Shown here: in pieces, positions 30,385-40,872 of the stretch
Layout: each line of letters begins with the position of its first letter
Numbering within the stretch: the first letter of the stretch is position 1
Assembly (NCBI GenBank): GCA_963733035.1
Contig: CAVTBU010000005.1
Span: 1,632,001 to 1,696,000, forward strand
From: Pirellulales bacterium
Lineage (GTDB): Bacteria > Planctomycetota > Planctomycetia > Pirellulales > PALSA-1355
Direction: 5' to 3'
DNA length: 64,000 nucleotides
The notes under the pieces: generated by a model
What the model saw: only the letters and a program-made list of their open reading frames with translations
Database searches by the model: none
Told to the model about the DNA's origin: nothing
Program-made: the position numbers and the translations under genes

Positions 30385-31712
30385 ATGATCCTTCGGCCGT
30401 TGCTGTTTCTTCTGGTGTTCCTGATGTTTGTGTCGACGTCGGTTGGGATGGCCGAACCGAGTCGGCCGAATATCCTCCTCATACTGGCCGATGACGTCGG
30501 CCGCGAAGTGCTGGGCTGTTACGGTGGTCAAACGTATCAGACGCCCCACCTCGATGCCCTGGCACACGGCGGCCAGCGGTTTACGCACTGCTATAGCATG
30601 CCGGTCTGCCATCCCTCGCGGATCTGCCTGCTCACTGGCAAGTATCCCGCCGTGCTGGGAAATCCCCGCTGGGGAACGTTTCCGCCGGCCGAAGAAGACG
30701 GGACCTTCGCGGCGCGTCTCGGACGCGACGGCTATGCGACCGCGGTCGCCGGCAAATGGCAATTAACGCTCCTCAAAGACGATCCGCGGCAGCCCAAGCG
30801 GATGGGCTTCGACGAGTGGTCGCTGTTTGGATGGCACGAGGGACCCCGGTATCACGACCCGCTAATCTATCAGAACGGTTCGATTCGCCCCGACACGGCC
30901 GGAAAGTTTGGACCCGATCTGTACGTCAACTTTCTGATTGATTTCATCCGTCGCAACCAGGCCGGGCCGTTCCTGGCGTACTACTCGATGGCGCTTTGTC
31001 ACGACGTGACGGACGACATTGGCAAGCCGGTGCCTTATGGTCCCAACGGTCGTTGGTTGTCGTATGCCGAAATGGTCGCCGAAATGGATCGGCAAGTCGG
31101 GCGACTGGTCGGTGCGCTCAACGAACTGCGGCTGCGAGACAAAACGCTGATCCTGTTTATCACCGACAACGGCACCCCGGCTGCATCGTACTTGAAACAC
31201 GAGGACGGCAAGTTCGTCCGCCCGAAGGTCTTCTCCAAAATCGACGGCCGGCTCGTGCAAGGCGGCAAGGGCCAGCTTACCGATTGGGGCACTCGCGTGC
31301 CGCTCATTGCCAACTGGCCCGGGCATGTCGCCGCCAACTCGGTCTGCGACGACCTGGTCGATTTCAGCGACTTTCTGCCGACGCTGTGCGACTTGGCCGG
31401 CGCGGCGCTGCCGTCGGACGCGAAGCTCAACGGGCACAGCTTCACGGCGGAACTACGAGGCGACGGACATTCCCAGCGAACCTGGGCGTACTCCGAAGGA
31501 AAGCCGCATCGTCAATACGTCCGCACACAGCGATACAAGTTGTACTCGTCGGGGGAATTGTTCGACATGCAGAGCGACCCGGACGAACAACAGCCATTGG
31601 ACCAACAGATGCTAACGCTGGAGCAGCAGGCGCAAAACAGTCGCTAACCGTCGCGCTTCTTTCGCTCGTCGAGATGGACGAAAAGCGCGAACGCGCTTCG
31701 AGCGCGCGGTAG
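30385..31712 (+). CDS. Sulfatase-like hydrolase (CxPxR type; probable frameshift near 31635)
   Basis: RPNILLILADD, VCHPSRICLLTG, GKWQL and TDNG motifs. Confidence 0.92.
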
Positions 31713-31863
31713 GACACTCTCGGCCGGCGACCGGTAAAGACCTTGCTTGCGTGGAGCTTGTGGTGGGCGGATAATCCAGGTTTGTCGAGCCGAACTTGCG
31801 TGCTTTTTTGAGGCATGCATTTTGTACCCATTCTGACGCAACTAAGCGAGAAGGGAGATTGCA

Positions 31864-32031
31864 ATGTCACGTCAAGCCGGCGATCGTTATGTTTGCGAAA
31901 AATGCGGAGCGCAGCTGGTCTATGAAAAGCCGTGTCCTTGCGCGGAAACCATGCCACATTCCGAAATCTGCTGTGGGGAGCAGATGAAGCAAGTGAAAGA
32001 GCAGGCAAGACCCGCGACGGTCAAGAAGTGA
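31864..32031 (+). CDS. 55-aa Cys-rich metal-binding protein (desulforedoxin-/metallothionein-like), not in ORF track
   Basis: MSRQAGDRYVCEKCGAQLVYEKPCPCAETMPHSEICCGEQMKQVKEQARPATVKK*; preceded by an AAGGGAGA Shine-Dalgarno-like site. Confidence 0.8.
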   Translation: MSRQAGDRYVCEKCGAQLVYEKPCPCAETMPHSEICCGEQMKQVKEQARPATVKK

Positions 32032-32166
32032 CGTCCGCGGCCCCCGCGCTCGTGCAAACCTGAATTCACAAGAGAAAGTGGCCGGCGAGCCCGGGACAGC
32101 CGCCCAGGTGCGCACTGCGGTTGCGGCCGTTATGGATAGTGGCACGCTCCACGTATTGCGACTACG

Positions 32167-33282
32167 ATGAAGCGTTTGCCGCGGCTTTGGGGGTCTTGCG
32201 TCATGATGAAGTTTCTGTTGTCGGCTTGCCTCGGTCTGGTCGCGTTTGCCCCTGCTTGTGCTGAGGAGGAGATCCGTATCGAACGGTTGTTTGGGCCGGA
32301 GATTCCAGGGCAATACAAGCATCCGGCATCGATCGCCGAGCTGGACAACGGCGACTTGTACGTCGTCTACTACGGCGGGGAAGGGGAATACGAGGGAGAC
32401 ACGGCCGTCTATGGATCGCGGCTACCTGAGGGAAGTCGCCAGTGGTCGCGTCCGCAAATCATTGCCGACACGCCCGGTCGCTCGGAAGGGAACGCCGCCG
32501 TGTGGCAGGCGCCTGACGGCATGGTATGGCTGTTTTATATCACTAACTACGGACCGACGTGGTCGACCTCGCGAATTAAGTACAAACTTTCCAGCGATCA
32601 GGCGAAGTCGTGGTCTGATCCGGTCGTGCTGACGTTTGAATTGGGCTCGATGGTTCGCGGGGCGCCGATCGTACTGCGCGACGGTGACTATCTGCTGCCG
32701 GTCTATCACGAGACAGGGGAAGATCGAGAAGGGACCGCGTCCGACACCTCAAGCTACTTTCTCCGCTACGATCCCAAGACGAAAACGTGGACCGAGTCCA
32801 GTCGCATTCGTTCGTCCAATGGGAACTTGCAGCCGGCGGCGGTGCAGATTGACGATGACTACCTGATTGCCTACTTGCGACCCGGCGGCGATTTCGAGCC
32901 CAACCCGAAGCGGTTCGTGTTGCGCAGCGAGTCGCGCGATGGCGGCCGCACGTGGAGCAAGGGAGAGAACACACAATTCCCCAATCCCAACTCCGCGGTC
33001 GACTTTATCAAGCTCAAAAGCGGCCACTTGTTGCTGGTCTACAACAATACCAACGTGGGTGACCGAATGCCGCTCACGGTTGCCATATCGACGGACAACG
33101 ACCGGACGTATCCGCATCGTCGCGACATCGTCAACCAGCCGAGCGACACGGCCGCGTATCCGGTGGCCATTCAAACCCGCGACGGCAAGATCCACGTCGT
33201 CTATACTTCGGACAATCGCAAGGTCGTCAACCAGGCGGTATTCGACGAAAACGCGATCCTGGGGCACACGCCAACGCATTGA
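32167..33282 (+). CDS. BNR/Asp-box repeat sialidase-like protein
   Basis: Asp boxes SSDQAKSW, SRDGGRTW and STDNDRTY; signal peptide; AYP near the C-terminus. Confidence 0.85.
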   Translation: MKRLPRLWGSCVMMKFLLSACLGLVAFAPACAEEEIRIERLFGPEIPGQYKHPASIAELDNGDLYVVYYGGEGEYEGDTAVYGSRLPEGSRQWSRPQIIADTPGRSEGNAAVWQAPDGMVWLFYITNYGPTWSTSRIKYKLSSDQAKSWSDPVVLTFELGSMVRGAPIVLRDGDYLLPVYHETGEDREGTASDTSSYFLRYDPKTKTWTESSRIRSSNGNLQPAAVQIDDDYLIAYLRPGGDFEPNPKRFVLRSESRDGGRTWSKGENTQFPNPNSAVDFIKLKSGHLLLVYNNTNVGDRMPLTVAISTDNDRTYPHRRDIVNQPSDTAAYPVAIQTRDGKIHVVYTSDNRKVVNQAVFDENAILGHTPTH

Positions 33283-33327
33283 TGCCAAACATCGATACGA
33301 CAAGATTCACGGACAAGCGGCGCGAAC

Positions 33328-33789
33328 ATGCTTGAACCACCTCGAATCATCCAGACCGAAGTTCAGCTTACGGCGATCATTCGCCTGACGGTTCCGCGGG
33401 CGGAGATTCAACAGGTGATGGGGCCGGCGATAGCCGAAGTGATGGCGGCCACAGGTGCGCAGGGCATCGCGGCTGGACCGGTGTTTTCCTATCATCCGCG
33501 CATGGATCCCGAGGTGTTCGATTTTGAGGTTGGCGTGCCGGTGACGAAGCCCGTGACTCCCGCGGGACGCGTGCAGGCGAGTCAACTGCCGGCAGCGCGG
33601 GTTGCGCGCACGGCGTACCAGGGTCCCTACGAAGGACTCGCCGCGGCCTGGGGCGAATTTGGAAAATGGATTGCGGCGGCCGGATATCAGGCGACGCCTG
33701 ATCTTTGGGAGTGCTACGTCCAAGGGCCCGAGTCGAATCCCGACCCAGCGACATTTCGTACGGAATTGAATCGACCGCTCGTTGATTGA
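33328..33789 (+). CDS. GyrI-like small-molecule-binding protein
   Basis: LPAARVARTAYQGPYEGL...WECYVQGPE...TELNRPL pattern. Confidence 0.85.
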   Translation: MLEPPRIIQTEVQLTAIIRLTVPRAEIQQVMGPAIAEVMAATGAQGIAAGPVFSYHPRMDPEVFDFEVGVPVTKPVTPAGRVQASQLPAARVARTAYQGPYEGLAAAWGEFGKWIAAAGYQATPDLWECYVQGPESNPDPATFRTELNRPLVD

Positions 33790-34062
33790 GGTTGCGACGG
33801 CAACGCCTGTCAGGCCGGAAGGTATTAGGAGGTGAAGTCGCTCGGGCGGGGCGATCCGTAGGGAGCCTGGCGTACCGAAGGAACTGCGCATCGGGCATTA
33901 AGGCTTAGCAATGGTCGCAGACAGCTCGTATGTTTTCCCGGATTTAGTCCCAGTCGTCTTGTGTCGCCTCCCCCTGCCAACGGGCGAACGTATTGAACCT
34001 GGGCGTCAACCAGAACAAAATCTGAGGGAACTGGCAGACCACTTTCCTGGCGGTAATGGACC

Positions 34063-35444
34063 ATGACTCCACGGCTTCGCGGGTATGGCATCGCATTGCT
34101 CTGTCTTGTCGTCGCGACGGCCTGTCGAATCGTTCTCAATCCCATCCTGGGCTACGCGGTCATCTACGGCCTGCTGTTGATCAGCGTGTGGGCTAGCGCT
34201 CGACTCGGCGGATTCGGTCCGTCGTTGTTCGCGGTGGGCGGCGGGGCGATTCTAGCGTACGGGCTAAGCTATTCCGATCCCACGTTCGATTGGACAGATT
34301 TTGAGCTTGGCATCGGCTTGATTTTGTACGCTGCGCTGGGCGTCATTGTCAGCTTGTTGTGCCGATCGGAGTTCAATGCGCGGTGGTCGTTGATTCAACA
34401 ACTTGCAAAGCATCACACCCTCGAGGAGATAAGTCGCACCAACGAAGGTCGCTTGCAGGCCATCATGGACAACACCACCGCGGTCATCTACATCAAGGAT
34501 CTGCAAGGGCGATTCGTGATGGCTAACCGGTGGTTCGAGGAATTATCCACGCACGGTCCGATCGTGGGTAAAACCGATGCCGATATTTTTCCCAGTGACG
34601 TCGTGGCCAGGATCCAAGCCAACGACCGGCTGGTGAGAGAGACCGGCAAGCCGGTTGAGTTCGAGGAGGTTGTGCCGCAAAGTGACGGACTGCACACGTA
34701 TGTCGCGATCAAGTTCCCGCTCTTTGATTCCGCGGGGCAAATTACGGCAATCGGTGGCATCTCGACGGACATTTCCGATCGCAAGCGAGCAGCGGACGCA
34801 CTCGAGGCGGAACAGGAAATGCTACGCCATACGATCCATGTGCAAGACCAGGAGCGGCAGCTGATTGCCTACGAAATTCACGATGGTCTGATTCAATATG
34901 TCACCGGAGCGTTGATGCAATTGGAAGCCCTGCAAGCCAACGCAGATTCGCAACCCGCCGCGTCGGTTGAGAACATCGTGGAAATCTTGCGTGCGCCGTG
35001 GCCGAAGGTCGCCGCTTGATCAATGGAATTCGCACGCCCGTGCTGGACGGTTTGGGAGTCGTGGCCGCGGTCGAACATCTGATCCAGGAAGAAGATCGGG
35101 CGCATGTAGAGATTGAGTTTCTCAAGGATGACGAAATCGATCGCATGGAACCCAAAATCGAGGAAGCCATTTATCGCATCACGCAGGAGGCCTTAACGAA
35201 CATCGGCAAACACAGTCACAGCAAAAGCATCCGAGTGGAACTCGGGCGCCGCGGAGAACATGTGCATCTCGAAGTTCGTGATTGGGGCGTGGGCTTTACG
35301 CCGACCAGCGGGTCCACGGGCATCCATGGCCTGCGAGGAATGATGGAGCGCGCACGAATCGTCGGCGGCATGTGCAAAATCGAAAGCGCGCCCGGAGAGG
35401 GCACGCGCGTGATCGCGGACGTGCCCTACTTGAACAGAACCTGA
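34063..35444 (+). CDS. Membrane PAS-domain histidine kinase, HisKA_3 type (frameshift near 34995)
   Basis: N-terminal TMs, PAS (IYIKDLQGRF...KFPLFD), ERQLIAYEIHDG H-box; QEALTNIGKHS, DWGVGF and GLRGMMER in ORF 34998-35444. Confidence 0.88.
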
Positions 35445-35681
35445 GGCAGGTGCGGTACCAGTCGGATCTTGTGAACCGGGGCGCGAGGCAGCGTTCTGGC
35501 TGCCATCCGCCGAGGCTTGGCTTGGGCGACGTCTTGATTTGTCGTCCGCGTCGTCGGTCTGGCGACGCTAGCAGCTCAAGCCATCATCGACGATTCTCAT
35601 TGACTTGGTCGCGCCCTCGACGATAGAGTTCGGGGCCTTTCAAGTTCCAGGCGACCGGCAGACGATGCGCGAGGGTTCGCA

Positions 35682-36668
35682 ATGTTCAAACTCGGTGCTT
35701 TCTTCACGTTTGTCGCGGCGTCGCTGTGGATCGCGGTGGATTCGCTTCCCGGCTTTTTCTCCGAACCTGTTCGGGTCGTCTTCGATTTGCCTGAGATTGT
35801 CGAGTGCCGCGACGTGACGCCGGTTGAATTCGCAAGAACACATCCAACCGTAAAGGTCATCGAGGCCAAGTTCCGCGTATCCGCCAGGCTTGTCGCCGGG
35901 TCCGAATCCGACGTCGAGGATTTTCTGTATGTGATCGCCAGCGGTGACCAGCAGATGCGGTTTCAGGACTACCTTCCGAACACGTCGCTGGAGAGCTCGG
36001 TCGCCGAGAACGAAATTGAAATCACCGACACCACGGAGAACGCCAAAGGGGGAGAAATTGGGACGCATGTCGCTTATCAAGGGGTGGGCGGAGGCGTCTC
36101 GAGGACCAAGAATTCCAAGCACACCCACGCCGATCACTACAAGGAGATAGCCCCGCAGGCACTAGTGGTGGCCAGCGGCACGACCGATCACGAGCATGGT
36201 GTCTTTTTCAAACTCAAACCGTCGAGAGCGGCTTCCCTGGAGGGAGCTAAAGAATTCACGTTCCTGGCCACGGTGCCGATTTCGTGGAGGGGCGGATGGT
36301 GCACGGTCTCTTGCGCTGCCAGAGGGAAATCCAAAGCTCTCTTCTCCCGAAGTGGAGTGGTGCCTGCCGGAGTAGCGCAGTCGCAGGTCGGTCTCTACTT
36401 GCTGGGCGACGCCGAGGCCAATCGCCTGGCTGAGGAGTTGGGTGCCGTTCAACGACGACATGCGGATGTTTTGGCAGGCCACCTCGAGAAAAACGGCTTC
36501 CTGGACATGATGTACGATGCCGCTTCGACAGGGCGCACCGCCTCCTTGTGCGGAGTCTTCAAAATCAGCCCCGCACACTGGGGATTTGACACGGGAGAAG
36601 ACGAACTCGACGAGGCGCAGCATGACTTGCTCAGCGTTCAGCAGCGCCTCGAGGAACTATCCGAGTAG
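35682..36668 (+). CDS. Hypothetical exported protein
   Basis: 328-aa ORF with N-terminal hydrophobic segment and natural-looking composition; no family recognised. Confidence 0.7.
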   Translation: MFKLGAFFTFVAASLWIAVDSLPGFFSEPVRVVFDLPEIVECRDVTPVEFARTHPTVKVIEAKFRVSARLVAGSESDVEDFLYVIASGDQQMRFQDYLPNTSLESSVAENEIEITDTTENAKGGEIGTHVAYQGVGGGVSRTKNSKHTHADHYKEIAPQALVVASGTTDHEHGVFFKLKPSRAASLEGAKEFTFLATVPISWRGGWCTVSCAARGKSKALFSRSGVVPAGVAQSQVGLYLLGDAEANRLAEELGAVQRRHADVLAGHLEKNGFLDMMYDAASTGRTASLCGVFKISPAHWGFDTGEDELDEAQHDLLSVQQRLEELSE

Positions 36669-36710
36669 CGTCGGTCCCCGTTTCCAGGCCGAACACGTCC
36701 AGCAATTTTT

Positions 36711-37706
36711 TCAACGTCGCCGGGGCGGCGGCATGCGCAGGTTTACCGGCGTGCCACGGAATGCGCGCGGGATGACCGGCCAGTCCTCGGTCAGAAAATA
36801 GGCGTACGTGCCGCCGGGAAAGTCGGGCGTCTTGCCGAAGCGACCGTTGCACTCGTCGAGATCACCGCGGCCGGCCACGTATTCGTAGTCCTGGATGAAC
36901 GTCCCATCGTACTGTCCGCCGGGCTGGTGCTGGCCACCAGGTCGTTTCCCCGGCTTCAATCGGTAGCTGGATTTGAGCGCCACGATTTTCGATTCCGGAT
37001 CGTTCGCGTCCGCGTAGCCGTAGACGGCATAGACCGGGAAACCATCGGCTGCCCAACCGATTTGCGGTGAATGCTTGCGATCGCTCCAGCCGAGTTCCTT
37101 GAGCAGCAGTGTGGGTAGCCCATGATAGTGGTAGCCGCCGTTAGGCTGGACGTGTGCGTAATTGGCGTCGATGCCCAGCGGCACCGCGCCGCCAAGCGCC
37201 TCATAGTTCCAGCCGCGCGGGTCGCCATCGTAGAATTCAGCCGTCCCGGGATCGAACAGCACGCCGTTGATTGCGACGCCAAACGGCATGTTCGGCGGTC
37301 CGCGGCGGCCCGTGCTGTTGTGCAGCGGCGTAATCCGCGCCGCGGGCTGCGGATTGGCGGGCAGATTGAACTGGTAGCGCTGTTCGCGGATCGCGTTCGG
37401 GTTGCCGCGGTTCGGGAACATGCCGACGTTGTGATTGGGAATGCCGTTGGCCGAAACGTGGCGGTGGCCGTGTTGCTCGTCGATCTCGGCCTGGCTCTTG
37501 GCGGGCGGCTTTTGGCTGGCGGGCACCAGTTGCAGTGGCCGCGTGCCGATCGCAAACAGACGCCGCAAGGGAGGTGGACCTTGGGCCCACACGTACCAAC
37601 TGGCACCCACGAACGACACGGCAAGGACCACGGCCAGCCATCGTTTTGCCAGCATGGCAATGAGTCGGCGAAACGTCATCGGCACATACCCTGTTTGTCC
37701 CGTCAT
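36711..37706 (-). CDS. YHYH domain protein
   Basis: AHVQPNGGYHYHG, GWAADGFPVY and GDLDECNGR motifs. The start may be slightly downstream. Confidence 0.9.
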   Translation of the reverse strand: MTGQTGYVPMTFRRLIAMLAKRWLAVVLAVSFVGASWYVWAQGPPPLRRLFAIGTRPLQLVPASQKPPAKSQAEIDEQHGHRHVSANGIPNHNVGMFPNRGNPNAIREQRYQFNLPANPQPAARITPLHNSTGRRGPPNMPFGVAINGVLFDPGTAEFYDGDPRGWNYEALGGAVPLGIDANYAHVQPNGGYHYHGLPTLLLKELGWSDRKHSPQIGWAADGFPVYAVYGYADANDPESKIVALKSSYRLKPGKRPGGQHQPGGQYDGTFIQDYEYVAGRGDLDECNGRFGKTPDFPGGTYAYFLTEDWPVIPRAFRGTPVNLRMPPPRRR

Positions 37707-38159
37707 GGAAATAAAGAATTCGACTCTTCAAATAGCCTACCATCCAGTTCAGCGCACCGCACCCCGTGCCGGTCGCCCATTCTTCCGGGGCACCGGGCCG
37801 TCGGTCGATTTATTTTGGAAACGTATGAATGATCGAACGTGCCAGCGTGCGTCGACGGGCTGAGCCTCCGCAACTCGGAATCCATCGTGCCACGATCGCG
37901 TGCTGACACGCTCAACGACGCCTCCTCAAGCGCGCCCCTTCAGCTCACATGCTTCGCTCATCGCACGCGCGACCGAAGTTCGACACGCTTGGCGCAAGTT
38001 CGACAGGTGAACATACTACGCGGTAGGTAGTTGATCGTTGTTCGGTCAAGTTTGGCGTGTTGCGGCGTTCGGTAACACGCGCATGCGGCGAATTGGGGCC
38101 GATCGACTGGATTGCAAGCGCGCCGATCGTAACGAAGTTTCTTTGAGCACGACCACCTG

Positions 38160-39116
38160 ATGTCATCCAAAATTCGCGTCGTGACATTGACGATGAATCC
38201 GGCCATCGACTCGAATTGTTCCGTCGAGCGAGTCGAACCCGAAGCCAAGATGCGGTGCGATGAACCCTCGTTTTTTCCTGGCGGCGGCGGAATCAACGTC
38301 GCCCGAGCGATCCGAGAATTGGGGGGCCACGCGATCGCCTATTGGACCAAAGGGGGCGCGCTGGGAGATTTGCTCAAACACTTGCTAGATTTATCGCGAA
38401 CCGCGAACCAGGCCCTGCCGATCGCAGGAATGACTCGCGAGAATCTGGTGGTCACCGAGCGCGCCAGTGGCTGCCAGTATCGATTCTGCATGCCGGGTCC
38501 GCGGTTGCTTGAACACGAAGCCGAGAACTGCATCGCGCAATTGCGGAGTATGCCGCCAGCCGACTACCTGGTTCTCAGTGGCAGCCTCCCTCCCGGCGTT
38601 ACGGACGATTTTTACGCGCGGATAGCCCGCAGCATTCACTCGGATTGCCGCGTCGTGCTTGACACGAGTGGCCAGGCCTTGCGAGACGGCCTGAAGGCAC
38701 CCATTTACTTGATCAAACCAAATCTCAAGGAACTTGGCGGTCTGGTTGGCCGGGAAGTTTGCTCCGCCAGCGACATCAAGGACATCTCCAAATCGCTGAT
38801 CGAGCAAGGACGCGTGCGAATCGTCGTCACGTCGCTTGGTGCCGATGGCGCCATTGTGGTGACTTCCGAGGGCGCCGAACACATCCCCGCTCCCCAGGTG
38901 CCAATCCGCAGCAAAGTTGGTGCAGGAGACAGCGCTGTTGCCGGCATCGTTGTCGGACTAGTCCGTGGCCTGAGTATTACGCAGGCCGTAAGGTTTGGCG
39001 TCGCCGCCGGATCGGCTGCCGTAATCACAGAGGGGACTGAACTGTGTCGTCGATCGGACGTGGAACGGCTCTATGGCGAGATGCAGGGCGACATCGCCGC
39101 GCCGCAACGGCCTTGA
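38160..39116 (+). CDS. pfkB: PfkB-type 6-phosphofructokinase II / 1-phosphofructokinase family hexose kinase
   Basis: TLTMNPAID, PGGGGINVAR, SGSLPPG, IKPNLKEL and VGAGDS motifs. Confidence 0.88.
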   Translation: MSSKIRVVTLTMNPAIDSNCSVERVEPEAKMRCDEPSFFPGGGGINVARAIRELGGHAIAYWTKGGALGDLLKHLLDLSRTANQALPIAGMTRENLVVTERASGCQYRFCMPGPRLLEHEAENCIAQLRSMPPADYLVLSGSLPPGVTDDFYARIARSIHSDCRVVLDTSGQALRDGLKAPIYLIKPNLKELGGLVGREVCSASDIKDISKSLIEQGRVRIVVTSLGADGAIVVTSEGAEHIPAPQVPIRSKVGAGDSAVAGIVVGLVRGLSITQAVRFGVAAGSAAVITEGTELCRRSDVERLYGEMQGDIAAPQRP

Positions 39117-39149
39117 ATTCTGTCACCAAACCTCTCGGTTGGAGGAATC

Positions 39150-39614
39150 ATGAACAGCAACAAAATCGTTTTCGCGACGGACTATTCAGAAGCCAGCCAG
39201 CATGCCCTTCAATACGCAACCTGGCTGGCAAAGTCTGCAGGTAGCCACCTCTATATCGTGCACGTTTCCGAGCACGAACAATTTCCCGTGGGAGAGCTCT
39301 TCGATGAAGAGCCAGAACCCGATACGAACGAGCTGAAACGCTTAAAGGCGGTCGTGCCAGCTCAACAAGACGTACGTTACGAGCACCGCTTGCTCTACGG
39401 CGAGCCGGGAAGCGCCGAGGTCACCAAACCGGCCGAAGTGATTGTCAAGTTCGCCAACCAAGAAAACGCCGATACGATCGTGCTCGGCACGCATGGCCGC
39501 TCCGGATTCGGGCACGTGCTGATGGGCAGCGTGGCCGAAGCGGTTCTGCGGGAGGCGCCTTGCCCGGTGGTCACGGTGCGCGAGAGTAAGTCGGTGCAAA
39601 AGAAACCGAAATAA
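39150..39614 (+). CDS. Universal stress protein
   Basis: IVFATDYSEAS...IVLGTHGRSG...GSVAEAVLREAPCPV. Confidence 0.93.
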   Translation: MNSNKIVFATDYSEASQHALQYATWLAKSAGSHLYIVHVSEHEQFPVGELFDEEPEPDTNELKRLKAVVPAQQDVRYEHRLLYGEPGSAEVTKPAEVIVKFANQENADTIVLGTHGRSGFGHVLMGSVAEAVLREAPCPVVTVRESKSVQKKPK

Positions 39615-39701
39615 GGCCGACTCTCTCGACCAGCCGACTCTCTCCACCATTTAAGTGGCACGTCGTAGCCGCAAAGAGGCACGCGTGGGCGCTTCACGGA
39701 C

Positions 39702-40844
39702 TTGGGGCGGCGCGGTGTCTTGTTGCCGCTCCGCGCTCTGTTACTCGTGTTTATGCTCGCCTTGATTGCGTTCGCGATTGATATCGGCACCTTGCAGGTT
39801 GCCCGAACGCAACTCCAGCAATCAGCCGACGCGGCGGCGCTGGCGGCCGCGTCGGACCTAATTGACGACGATTCGTTCGGCGCGACGCCGGACCTGACCG
39901 ATGAGATTGTATTGGCCCGCACACACGCGGCGCAGTACGCGTTGGCCAACAAGATCTGTACGTCGGCGCCCACGATTGACATGAACTCAGGAAACAGCAC
40001 CTCCGGCGACGTCGTCATTGGCTATCTCCAAGACCCGTCGAATCAGAGTCAGACGCTCACTTTCACCGACCCGAATCAGTTCAACGCCGTGCAAGTGCGC
40101 GTGCAGCGGTCGCAAACAGAGAATGGCGAGGTGCCGTTGTTCTTTGCGCGGGTGTTGGGCGCCAACAGTGAAAGCGTTTCGGCAACCGCGACCGCGGCCA
40201 TTCTGAAGAACTTTTCCGGTTTCAAGGCTCCCTCCAACGGAAACAACCTTGGGCTGCTTCCTTTCGCGTTGGACGAAGAAACTTGGAACGACATGATGGC
40301 CGGAGGCGGCACCGATCAGTGGGCGTGGGATGATACGAATAACGCCGTCGGCTCAGGCAGCGACGGCATTCGCGAAGTGAACCTCTATCCCCAGGGCACG
40401 GGCTCGCCGGGCAATCGAGGCACCGTCGATATCGGCAGCAGCAACAACAGCACCAACGATATCGCCCGCCAGATTGTGAGCGGAGTGAGTTCTTCGGACC
40501 TCGCTCAACTACCCGGAGCGCAACTGGTGCTTAACGAAGATGGAACTTTGAACCTCAATGGCGATACCGGCATCAGCGCTGGCGTCAAAGACGAGCTTGC
40601 TTCCATCAAGGGACAAACTCGCGTCATCCCGATCTTTCGCAGTGTAACGGGGCCCGGCAACAACGCGCAGTATGAAATCGTGATGTTCGTAGGCATCCGA
40701 GTCCTGGATGTAAAACTCACCGGAGCCATGAGCGGCAAACGAGTCATGGTGCAGCCGGCAAACGTGAAAATGGAGGGCGGCATTGCCGGCAGCGGTACGC
40801 AAACAAGCTACTTCGTGCATTCGCCGGTCTGGATTGCTCGCTAG
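39702..40844 (+). CDS. TadG-like Flp pilus assembly protein (start uncertain; possibly GTG 39656 with a frameshift)
   Basis: RRG + hydrophobic helix + AIDIG...QLQQSADAAALAAA. Confidence 0.8.
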   Translation: MGRRGVLLPLRALLLVFMLALIAFAIDIGTLQVARTQLQQSADAAALAAASDLIDDDSFGATPDLTDEIVLARTHAAQYALANKICTSAPTIDMNSGNSTSGDVVIGYLQDPSNQSQTLTFTDPNQFNAVQVRVQRSQTENGEVPLFFARVLGANSESVSATATAAILKNFSGFKAPSNGNNLGLLPFALDEETWNDMMAGGGTDQWAWDDTNNAVGSGSDGIREVNLYPQGTGSPGNRGTVDIGSSNNSTNDIARQIVSGVSSSDLAQLPGAQLVLNEDGTLNLNGDTGISAGVKDELASIKGQTRVIPIFRSVTGPGNNAQYEIVMFVGIRVLDVKLTGAMSGKRVMVQPANVKMEGGIAGSGTQTSYFVHSPVWIAR

Positions 40845-40872
40845 GGATTAAAGTATTCGAGGAGAGCGAGTC

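Noticed and set aside
39657..39672. Sigma-54 promoter (TGGCACG…GC) before tadG
   Set aside because: GG-GC spacing is one base short, and the site probably lies in coding sequence.
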